Below are positions 21,003 to 30,810 of a stretch of 64,000 nt of DNA, piece by piece. The notes beneath the pieces were generated by a model. The model saw nothing but the letters and a program-made list of their open reading frames with translations. It ran no database searches and was not told where the DNA came from. The DNA is from Epithemia pelagica (taxonomy: Eukaryota; Protista; Bacillariophyta). The translations under genes and the position numbers were made by a program. Numbering within the stretch: the first letter of the stretch is position 1; every line of letters begins with the position of its first letter. The stretch lies in NCBI GenBank assembly GCA_946965045.2, contig OX337233.1, positions 930,001-994,000 on the forward strand. The letters are read 5' to 3'.

Positions 21003-21782
21003 TTAAGCTTCGGTCTCCGAATCCTCACCCTCTTCCGAATGATCAGAGTCGCTTCCAGGCTCAGATGGGGCAGCACAAGCAACAGAAGAAGGGGTATCAC
21101 CTTCAGCCAGGTGGTTCTCGACCTCGGTACGCAAAGGGTAGATAGTTGCACGATGGTCCTCGATGGTATGGACCTCGTGGATGTAGGCAACGTAGTTATC
21201 TAGGCGTACAACGTTAGGAGGCAGAGGGCAAGTCGTCGCGTTCACGACGTGGATGGTATTGTAGTATCCAGTTGGGCGCTCGAAGGTTAGGAAGCGGAGG
21301 TGGACAGTACGGATGGGGTTGCCCGAGAGGGCGGCAAAGATGAGGCGACGCCTCGGAGAACGGTGAAGTTGGTCGTTCAGACGGTCAATGTCTTCTTGGT
21401 CGACGATGTGGGTCACCGATTGGAACTGGCGTTCGATCTGGGTCTCCCCACGGATGATCTCGGGATCGAAGGTCGAACAAGTTGGTTGACGGAAGTACTT
21501 GATATGATCAGCAATCAACCGGGTGGTACGACGGGATCGAGAAGGGACGAGCCGACGAGGCGGACTCGGGGGCCGAAGCAACGGCGCAGGGATTGGAGCG
21601 TGAGGCTGGGTTGGAGTCTCGAATGGGTTGCTGTTGGAACTGTCGACGGAGATGTTGACCGATGTGTTGGCTGCCTTCGGCGTCGGCACCAGTTCCTGCT
21701 GCACCAGGGTATCGGGCTGCCCGGGATGCAGGTTGGCTCGATAGATCTGTCGTACAGGAGTGATAATCTCGTTAGTATCCAT
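21003..21782 (-). CDS. Additional 259-aa ORF in the copia 5' leader, function unknown
   Basis: ATG 37 nt inside the 5' LTR boundary, same strand as gag-pol, uninterrupted. Pro/Arg-rich N-half, mixed core, acidic tail. Confidence 0.6.
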   Translation of the reverse strand: MDTNEIITPVRQIYRANLHPGQPDTLVQQELVPTPKAANTSVNISVDSSNSNPFETPTQPHAPIPAPLLRPPSPPRRLVPSRSRRTTRLIADHIKYFRQPTCSTFDPEIIRGETQIERQFQSVTHIVDQEDIDRLNDQLHRSPRRRLIFAALSGNPIRTVHLRFLTFERPTGYYNTIHVVNATTCPLPPNVVRLDNYVAYIHEVHTIEDHRATIYPLRTEVENHLAEGDTPSSVACAAPSEPGSDSDHSEEGEDSETEA

Positions 21783-21804
21783 GAAACCACAAGGAAATAA
21801 GCTT

Positions 21805-21818
21805 TGAGACTGTTAATC
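21805..21818 (-). other. Putative primer-binding site complementary to a tRNA-Asn(GUU) anticodon arm
   Basis: Element-strand GATTAACAGTCTCA directly follows the 5' LTR. Its complement TGAGA-CTGTTAA-TC has the form of an anticodon stem plus a C-U-GUU-A-A loop. There is no TGG (CCA-end) PBS. Confidence 0.6.
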
Positions 21819-22601
21819 TGTTACAATTCTTTCTGAATCGTAGGGACATTGATGCTCGGTAGAGCAGACAATCAGGTAGGTCACCAACCGATACAAGCTT
21901 CTCAGGGTCAGAGAAGCAAGCAAGTCGAAGTCTATCAGAAGGATAGTCGGGACACAAAAGAAGATGTGATAAATGGTGATATTGTTAGATTGTGTGTTGA
22001 TTACTACGATAGGTCTACGTGAAATGTTCGGTCCTGCCAAGGGTCATGTGTCATAGGTTCTTGGCGGCAACAGGTTTGGAATAGTTGGAGTCGATTCATG
22101 TGATGTATATGACATGTATATGTGGGCGGATAACATATACAGGGTCAACAGCTCTTGCTTTGGGTTGGCATAGTTGTTTTCATGGCGCGCAGCTTGTTGA
22201 CAATTTGGAGATTGTGGGAATGGAAATATGGTCTCGCGTGATCGTGTGTCGTGCTTGGGATACTTAGACCGTTGGATCGGATAGATGCCGATAGCGCTCG
22301 GATGTCGCTTGGGCGCGCTCGATGATTTCGGGCGCGTACGCTTAGGGCGTTAGTATAATGTCCGAGCAACGGCCAAATTTATGTCCGTTGTAATACCGCA
22401 CGACCCAGTTTAGTCTTGAGAGTGAGTTCGTCAATCTATTCTCACTTTTCATGATTTGCGAAGAAATATAGGTCGATATAGCGCGAAGCTAGGGAACATA
22501 GCTCGAAGCTAGATGGCATGATGCGATAGCACGAGGCTATGTGACATGGGGAATCGATGAGATGTAGAATCTAACCACCATAGACGGTGAGAATTCTAAC
22601 A
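21819..22601 (-). repeat. 5' LTR of the copia element (783 bp)
   Basis: Identical by eye to 14218-15000. Confidence 0.97.
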
Positions 22602-23387
22602 GTAAGATAGGATTAGTCGAACCATTCCTTTCTCACCTGTTGCTCAGTTTGAGTCTTTAGTGTCTTGTGTTGTCGACTTGCGCCTCTTGGTCGTTTTTTT
22701 TACCAGGAGTATCTCATGTGTTTCTCAGCAGCATGTGGGACTCTGCATACTCCATGACACAAGCAGGAAGAGATTCATTCTAAAAGAGGTGGTAGTAGGT
22801 CAAGCTTATTTGCTTGCAAAGAGACAAGCCTACGGCATAGACAAACAAGGTGTGCGGATGTGGATGAAGGTGTGCTTTTAAACCGAGAACTACACGAGAA
22901 CAAAGAACACTAGAAAAAGGAGGGAAGGGGGCACAGCCAAACACTATCTATGGTCTTTGCATGTCGAATGTCAGTGATACGCAAATGATGCAGAATGCAT
23001 GTTCATGGTGCATGTCCATGACAAACACCTAGGAGTAAAAGAGAAAAGACGAAGTGACAAAATTTGTGAGGAGTGTTGGAATGAAAGGGAAAAGGACCAA
23101 CGGTCAAAGCGCGCACGGCTTCTCACAAGAATTCGAAAGGATGATCCAGAAGGCCGGCGTGATCATTTTCATTTTGACCAGAAATTTTCTTCATTAACGA
23201 AAAAAAGCGAAAATAAAAATGATTGGTCGCGGAGAGCGGCCGGACGGCTAAGAAGCGGACACCTAGTCGGAGGGTTCTCTCCGCTCTCCGCCCTCCGCCC
23301 TCCATCTCTCATCGATTCCCACAATGGAAGACCATCAACCTGGCCAGAGAGGGGGAAGGAACTGCAAACAAACCTACAAACATCACC

Positions 23388-24610
23388 ATGTCGCCGCCCG
23401 AATTTTCCAGTGATATCTTGGACTACAGCGACGATGGATCGGATGAATGGCAGTGGGTTGTTGTGCAAGAGGTGGACGGAGACGATGCAAACAAAGAGAA
23501 CAACAACGACATGACAGGAGTAAGCTTGTTGATCCAATCTAGTACCAACGAGACCAAAGCATTAAGCACCCGAAAACGCCGTGACGCACAACGGTGGAAA
23601 GTCATGCCAAGCCTTGCAAAATATCCTCTTTTGCAAAAACTTGACCTTTACAACAGTCGATACATTACCCATTTGCATGATTCAGTGGGAGACCTACGCG
23701 ACCTGCAAAAACTAGTTCTTACCCGATGTTGGGCATTGGAACGATTGCCGAGTTCCCTTGGAAATCTGGAAAAGCTTCAAGAGGTGAGAGAGACCTTGTC
23801 CGACCAAAATCCTGTACTGCGAGGCCCTCATGATGTATTTTTCCACTGTGTTCTCTGCTTTCAGCTTATACTGACAGACTCTATGCGCATCAATGCTCTT
23901 CCAGACTCAATTGGCAAGCTCAAACAGTAAGTTTGTGAATCAACCAGCATGCGAAACCAACAATGATTGGCACATGTCTGACGCAATTCCACCGTACCTC
24001 ATCCATCCTCCAAAGTTTGAGGCGGTTGATTTTCAATGGAACATCTGGTCACCACAACAAAGTGCTTCGTTCCCTTCCGCAATCAATCGGTGAACTCGAC
24101 AGCCTCGAGGAGCTTGTCTTGGACAAATGCAAAACACTTAAGGAACTACCAGAATCCATTGGTAATCTTTCGAATCTCTGTCGATTATCCATGAAAGAAT
24201 GCAAATCAATTACCCATCTCCCAGAATCGATTGGGCGACTCGGTGCTCTTTGCGAATTGGATTGCTCAAAATGCGTTAATCTCAAAACTCTTCCCTTGTC
24301 CATTGGGGACTTGCATCACTTGGAGGATCTAATTCTCGCAAAATGCTTGGCTTTGGAGAGCATTCCTGCCACGATCCAAAGTTGCTCTTTGCTGGCCGTC
24401 GTCGTTTTATCAAAATGTATCAATCTACAGGAGCTTCCTGATGGCATTGCTACAATCTCGGCACTGAGATTCATCCACTGCGACGGGTGCTCCTCACTAA
24501 ACAGTCTTCCATCGGGTTTGTTACCCAAAGTTTGCGATTTCCAGCCGTCGGAGGCTTCAAAATCAAAACGAGCGTGGAATGAGCTGGCTGCTTCAGAATC
24601 CGATGACTAG
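23388..24610 (+). CDS. Three-exon leucine-rich-repeat protein (exons 23388-23783, 23865-23926, 24016-24610)
   Basis: Repeated LxxLxLxxCxxLxxLPxSIGxL units. GTGAG/GTAAG donors and CAG/AAG acceptors restore one frame across the two ORFs. Confidence 0.88.
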
Positions 24611-26563
24611 GGCGAGGTTATCTTGTCAATCGTTTTCAAATTTTCTCTTGTACGCGTACTGTGCCTTTGTCGTTCCCCCCTGTCTTATCATTGTATCGGC
24701 GTTCTTCGAGCTACACAAAATAGATGAATCCTAGACGTTTTGTTATAATTAAGTCTGTCGCTGCACATGGCGAACCGTCGACATGCAATGAAAGAGAAGA
24801 TTTGCCTTGTGCTGCATGGACCATATTCTTGCGTTCTAAACTTATTAGAGGCGACTTCATACTCCAAGCCACGTGATCTCTTTTCATGTCAGCTGACAGT
24901 ATGGCGTCTCTAGCTTACCATTTACCATGTACTCCGCCCCCGTCGAGACTCGAGATGATGTGTTTCATGCACCTGAACCTCAAAAGTGAAGACTATCAGT
25001 CAGATTCAACTACTCCTACACCGCAACACTTGGTTCTAGGCCCAGAGGCGGAGGCTGGAAAGTATCTAAGGTTACTAGGAGTAGGACTTTCGATGTGAAC
25101 CCATAACCCATACGCATTACATTTCGCACGTTCGAAATCATCCTACCTCCTTGTAGGATCTTGTTACTAAAACAAGTTATGCCTCTATATTCTATATTGT
25201 ATTCCCCCGCTGGGGATAGACGAATGATACGGACAGCTAGCCATCATCCCTTCCTCATCTCGGAAACAGCGAATAGTTCTCTGGATGCGTATATTGGAAG
25301 ACAGCGAACGGACATCTAGTGCGACTTTACGTACTGATTAATCAGACACTCCATTCGTCATGTATTTCATTTCATAATCTCTCGACCTTGGTATCGGATC
25401 AGCTCTATGCTTGACCCCTCAAGCGCTAAAGAGTCGATGGATATCACGCCTGACCATCAAGTCAAGCGGTCTCGCTTCCCTGAGAAAAAAAAGAATCCAT
25501 CGTACATCGTACGTCTCAGTTCTCAGTCTCATACTCCTACTCCTACTCCTAACTCATAAAGCCACTCTATAGTATCGCGCTAACCATGACGGACTTTCCA
25601 TCAGAAAATCTCGCTATCATGCGCTGAAGGGACATAGCGCTGAATAATCCATACCGCCTACCGCCTACCGCGTAACAAAGCTCGCGCTGAAACAGCCCAG
25701 TCATTCGTAGGAGTAGAAGGGTAGGAATAGGAGTAGGTAGTAGCATGAATGCGGCGCTTCGCCTAGAGTTTCATAAAGGTTCGGAACGCTGAGTAGTAAA
25801 AAGTGGTCCTTTTTCTGTCTAAAATTCTTCCGCCAACTGCCATCAACCATCAGAAATCAACCAACGACCAACGAGATAGGATCAATCATTCGGTGGCCGC
25901 CTTTAATTGTACTAGGCAGACTCTAAACACACCTATTTCATGTATTCCGACGGCTTCAATCTAAAGTGTTTTTTCTCGAGCTACTAGTACCCTGTAGTAG
26001 AACTCAGCGCAAAACCCTGACGCTATATGATCCGAATGCCAAGGTAGCACAGGTAACATGTAACAATGATCTAGCGGTCTCGACATCCATTGAGGCTACT
26101 TACAATTACAACAAGAAGACAACAACCATAGTTGTCATTTCCATCGGACACACATTTCCCACTGATCAGAGTGAAAACCAAACAGTTTGAAGTTGATCCC
26201 ACACCGATAGCTACCTATAGGGTTGTCGCTCAAAAGCATCATGAAGGAATAGCCAGATCAAAAGCTCATCACAAGCATTAATCCAAATTTGCTCTTGGAC
26301 TTTGGACGCCCCACTCCTATTGAAATGTTTGTCTTTGCAATGCTGATGACGAAGGCGGAAGACACAAGGATTACCGAGTATCGAGTGCACATTTCACAAC
26401 TACTAGCTAGCTAGGAGTCTGTCTTCTTGTCTTAAAACGAGGCATGATTTTAACCTTTTAGCCTGTGACCTCACTACTCTAAAACTTATATTTGATGTTT
26501 TAGTAATCTAATTCTCTTAAGAGTTCTATTGTAAGCGAAAATTCTCAGAGGCTCTACACTCTA

Positions 26564-27641
26564 CAAGCTGAGTTCAAGCCGAACGTCAACGACGTAGCGC
26601 TTACAAGCTGAGCTCAGGGAGTGTGTTCCTGTCGTAGACTCCTGTATAATTTGTACCAGAGGAGTAATCCTGGAAAGCGTTCTGCGTTATCAGTGTCCGA
26701 CTAGCGACTTCCTAGTGGATGAAATAAATATTTTATTAACTTTAGTGTAATGTGTGATTTCTTGCGAGCGCTAGGATTTCGTCAAAAATTACGAAAAAAC
26801 AGTCGAGTGTGTTGACCATGGTGGAGGGCCGTCCCGACCTGTTGAACTGTTGCCGAGCTGCATCCAGCTCCCTTAGGGTGTTGTTGGACCATCACCAATG
26901 GGGCAACAGTTCAACGCATCAGCATCATCCACAATAACATGATCATCGGACGCACCCCACGCACGATAGTCTCGTACAAAACGAAGTTTTTCTGGGGGAA
27001 CGCGAGATTGTCGAGTTTCGGAAGCACTTTGCACAACAGAGGCATAATTATAAGGGCTATATTACCAAAGATGGCTGGCGCGTATTACGTAGATTTCCTA
27101 CTGGAGCGCTACGACAGGAACATTCTGTCTGAACTCAGCTTGTAGTAGGAAATCTACGTATATCACGCCAGTCATCTAATTACTATAGCCCTTATAATTA
27201 TGCCTCTCATGTGAAAAGTGCTTCCTAAACTCGACAATCTCGCGTTCCCCCAGAAAAACTTCGTTTTGCACGAGACTATCGTGCGTTGGGTGCATCCGAT
27301 GATCATGTTGTTGTGGATGATGCCAACCGTTTGAGCTGTTGCCCCATTGGTGGTGGTCGAATAACACCCTAAGGCACCTGGATGCAGCTCGGCAACATCT
27401 CGAACGGATGGGGTGGCCCTCCACCATGGTCAATACAGTCGACTGTTTTTTCGTAATTTTTGATGAAAATCTAGCGTTCGGAAGAAATCACACATTACAC
27501 TAAAGCTAATAAAATATTTCTTGCAACCACTAGGACGTCGCGTGTCGGACATTAGAAACGCGAAACGCTATCGAGGATTACTCCTCTGGTACAAATTCTA
27601 CAGGGGCCTACGTCGTTGATGTAAACTCTGAACTCAGCTTG
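26564..27641. mobile_element. Tc1/mariner-type MITE (~537 bp own length) carrying a nested sibling copy
   Basis: TIR CAAGCTGAGTTCA..., TA TSD at 26562-63 and 27642-43. Confidence 0.85.
26604..27142. mobile_element. Inner MITE (539 bp) of the same family, opposite orientation
   Basis: TIRs CAAGCTGAGCTCAG / CTGAACTCAGCTTG, TA TSD at 26602-03 and 27143-44. The body is the reverse complement of 27145-27604 with scattered mismatches. Confidence 0.87.
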
Positions 27642-27766
27642 TACGCGGCCACCCTGACGTACAAGAAGTACAATCAATCCCTACCTACTACCTATCTGTC
27701 ATCAGCTAGTGATGGTCGACACTCGTCGCATTTTGTCCCTCCAATCCGCTGCAAACGAAAATTGGA

Positions 27767-27820
27767 GCACGTGTCTTTTTAGGTGAGGAGAGCACGCATG
27801 CTTTTAGGTTGGCACATGCG
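27767..27820 (+). promoter_or_regulatory. Candidate iron-responsive motif cluster upstream of the iron permease
   Basis: CACGTGTC at 27768-27775 with related GCACGCATG and GCACATG motifs nearby, ~250-300 bp upstream of the ATG. Confidence 0.4.
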
Positions 27821-28062
27821 CAAATACGGTAGAGGACAGCAGCGTGGAACATTCGTTATTCCTTGCCTCATCCTCATATTGGATATTGGATGGCCTTTGT
27901 GCGCCTCTCACACTCACACTGACTGAGAGCTGAGACGGCCCATGGACCCAGGACTATCGCAATAAGAACACTCAAACGGTGATGCACATGCACCGCGTAC
28001 ATGTCAAGCGAGAGACAAAACGATATTTGTTCCAGTTTTCATCTGTGTTATAGAATATAACC

Positions 28063-29211
28063 ATGACCTTGTTCGATTTCGCTGTAACAACCATTTTTGC
28101 GCGTGAGTTTCTGGAGGGAGCCATTATCATCGGTGAATATCGAACTATTGTCCTTCGCAGTGAGTCCGAGGGCAAAGATGAAGCACTCCGTGCGATATGG
28201 CTTGCTGCCTTGGTGGCAACAGCGTTTGCTCTTCTCGTGATCGCTGCTATTGCGATTCCCTTGATTATCCTCTCGTCAACGTTTGACGAATCCACCTCCA
28301 AAATCATTGAAGGAATTTCGAAAATCGTGGCTGGAGTTTGCCTGTTGCAGTTATCCCTCAAGATTCCCAAGTTTTTAGGCATTTACGGAAGCTGCAAAAA
28401 GCCTAAGGAGAGTCCCACACAGGGCGGCGCAGCTGAAGGAGACCTGGAAGAGGCTATTGCGGATAACGCTGCTGAAGGGGACCAGGAAGAGGCCATTGCG
28501 GGTAATGATGAGGAGAGTCCAAGAGAAGAAGAAAATCAAATCAAGGAAGCAATTCCTGGCCTGTCCATGCGCTCCATGCGATTCAATGTCGCCTGGAATA
28601 TCTGGCGAGAAGTTGCCGAATGTGGAGTCTTTCTGATTCCGTTCTTCCTCAGTGGAGAAAATCTTACAAGCATCCCCGTTTCGGCTGCCATTGGTTCGGT
28701 TGTAGGGCTAGCGTTGGGCGTAGGGATTTATTGGGCCAACCATCGATTCAAGAACCGGCTTGGGTTGGCGATCTTTGCTGTTCTCCTATTGGTGTTTCTG
28801 TCGGCTGGCTTAACGACCGGTGGATTCCACAATTTGGAAAATGAATGGGGGAGCAGCAAAACTGTTTGGGAGTTGGATGGAGAGTTCTGGGATATTGACA
28901 GACTGCCCATGACTGTCTTGAAGCCGTTTGGTTACGACCATAGTCGAACAGTACTCCAGATCTGTGTATTTTGGGGGTGGCTGCTGCTAAGTGCTTTGTT
29001 GCACTTCCGAAAATACCGCAGGGCACCCAAAATTTTCACCGAATCCCCTACGGAGCATAGTAACGAGGAACGGTCGACCGAAGAAAAGGATGAAAAGCCC
29101 TTGGACGAAGACTCTCCCGTAACAAATGAAGCGTTGGCTGAGGGAGACTATCAAAATGATCGTCGTACGGAAGAGAGTTCGTTGGAATCCGTTCCCGAGG
29201 CTTACAGATGA
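28063..29211 (+). CDS. FTR1: FTR1-family high-affinity iron permease
   Basis: Two RExxE motifs (FAREFLEGA, WREVAECG), about 7 hydrophobic helices, acidic loop and acidic C-tail. Confidence 0.9.
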   Translation: MTLFDFAVTTIFAREFLEGAIIIGEYRTIVLRSESEGKDEALRAIWLAALVATAFALLVIAAIAIPLIILSSTFDESTSKIIEGISKIVAGVCLLQLSLKIPKFLGIYGSCKKPKESPTQGGAAEGDLEEAIADNAAEGDQEEAIAGNDEESPREEENQIKEAIPGLSMRSMRFNVAWNIWREVAECGVFLIPFFLSGENLTSIPVSAAIGSVVGLALGVGIYWANHRFKNRLGLAIFAVLLLVFLSAGLTTGGFHNLENEWGSSKTVWELDGEFWDIDRLPMTVLKPFGYDHSRTVLQICVFWGWLLLSALLHFRKYRRAPKIFTESPTEHSNEERSTEEKDEKPLDEDSPVTNEALAEGDYQNDRRTEESSLESVPEAYR

Positions 29212-29563
29212 TGTGCATGATTTGTGGCAGTGAACTATGGCTGCCGGTAGCTTGGAAAGAGACGCGATCATGATCATGGGTTCAGCAATACATCATCATG
29301 TCGGATGAGGTCAACCTTTTTAGTTGTGTGTATCTTACAGTACTCCTACATGTTAATTGTTGATAGACATAGGAGGAGGATAGGAGATAGGAACTCAGAA
29401 CTCAAGCAATCGACATTCGACCTCTATCTTATAAAATGTAATATGGTCAATAGCGTGGCACTTTCTTCCTTTTTCTTCTAAGCAAATGAGCTGTAAATAT
29501 TGGAGTTTCTCGTTGTTTCTTTCTTTCCTCTCGCCCGTCTCCTGTGCTATGTGCCCGAAGTAA

Positions 29564-30361
29564 GGCTATCTCCACCCGGGCCCGCTAAAGGCCCCAAAAC
29601 CGCTATCGAACTCCACCATCTCCTCTAACCGCTAAACAGCTCCGCTATCCGCTATTTTTGCCGCTATTTGGGGCCCCGAATAGCGGGGAAAATAGGGGAT
29701 AGCGGAGCAAAATATAACCGTCGGCATAAAGAAATTAACGTCTGCTGCCATCAGTGAAACTTTGAATCTCTCGTGTCGAAAACATGGCAAGGGCACGTAT
29801 TGATTGTGACGATCGCTTACCATCTCTTTTTCCCATTGTTGTGTTCCCTACTTCCTATAATGGGACAAGAACCATGCACAGCAAGATGATTAGAGGATCA
29901 CGGATCGGAAGGAATGCAACAATCAAACAAATGCATCATTCAAACTATTGATGAGTTCGATTATCAATTATCAGACAATCAGTCGGAAATCGGACAGGGA
30001 ATAGGAAGATTGGACTGCAACCTACAACCTACATCTACATTGGCCATGAACAACAACATGATTCACCATGACAGTCAACAATGAAGAGGGAGAACAACGA
30101 GTCCTCCATCTTTGGTTTATGCTTTGTGCTCTCGTTGATTGTCTTGTTTGAATTCCGCAACTTCCGCGGTCGCACCCCTTTTTAACCGAAACAAGAGAGG
30201 GCATATGCGCAATGCGTACGCGCAACGCGAGATAGCGGCGTTCTTTTAACGGAGATCGTGGAGTTTATTTCCCTTTGGCTCCGCTAATCCGCTATCCGGA
30301 TAGCGAGGCCAATCAGAAAGCCCCAATACGTCAGCATAGCGGCGCTCGGGTGGAGATAGCC
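29564..30361. mobile_element. PIF/Harbinger (Tourist-like) MITE, 798 bp
   Basis: 15-bp TIR GGCTATCTCCACCCG, 3-bp TSD TAA (29561-63 and 30362-64), and many subterminal CCGCTA(T)/ATAGCGG motifs at both ends. Confidence 0.9.
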
Positions 30362-30810
30362 TAAGAATCCTTCTCCTACCAAAGCTACCTATACCTGGGT
30401 AGACCCAGGCTAAAGAAGCTAGAGTAAAACTGAGCGTTGGGTCTTGACTTTCTTTGTTGCCCTGTCCTTCGTGCTTGTCCTGCATCCCATTGAGATGGCC
30501 CTGCTTCCTGCTTCCTTGACGGTTACTGGGTTTCAGTTTCAGGCCAAACGAGGGGTCATCCAAGTTGTCAACACGTGCAGTCAATGGCATCAAGCGAGGA
30601 ATTTGTTCAAGTGCGTCAATAGAGACCTCACTTCCACATGCTGCGACTAGGTGGATAAGACTACCTAGGTAGATAACACTGCGCATGGATTTTAACATGT
30701 TATTACGTAGAACGTTCAAAAGCCAATGTAAACGCAGGTATGCAGCAAGATGAAAAAGGTCATAAATCGATGCAAAATAGAAAGCTTGTCGCAAGAAGAA
30801 GTTACATGAG

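Larger units (their letters stand above)
14218..22601 (-). mobile_element. Full-length Ty1/copia LTR retrotransposon (CoDi-like), 8384 bp
   Basis: Two 783-bp LTRs with TGTTA...TAACA ends, a 5-bp TSD GTAAG (14213-14217 and 22602-22606), and gag-PR-IN-RT-RH domain order. Confidence 0.98.
13732..23276. mobile_element. Non-autonomous TIR DNA element, copy A (~1.15 kb: 13732-14217 plus 22607-23276), split by the copia insertion
   Basis: Right TIR gctaagaagcggacacctagtcggagggtt (23247-23276) and partial left TIR ccgactaggtgtccgccttttag at 13732. Both halves align in reverse to the intact copy at 32927-34094. Confidence 0.85.

Noticed and set aside
21300-21800. 166-aa plus-strand ORF antisense to the extra copia ORF
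   Set aside because: Most simply a shadow of a GC-rich sense ORF.
25575-25790. Clustered GCGCTGA and CCGCCTA motifs resembling subterminal TE repeats
   Set aside because: No TIR pair or TSD could be identified.
26562-27643. Single foldback/MULE element or CRISPR-like ~40-bp repeats
   Set aside because: Four TA-flanked TIRs explain the structure as two nested MITEs; no spacer array or cas genes.
30246-30794. 182-aa minus-strand ORF
   Set aside because: Runs across the Harbinger MITE boundary and has no protein-like motif.
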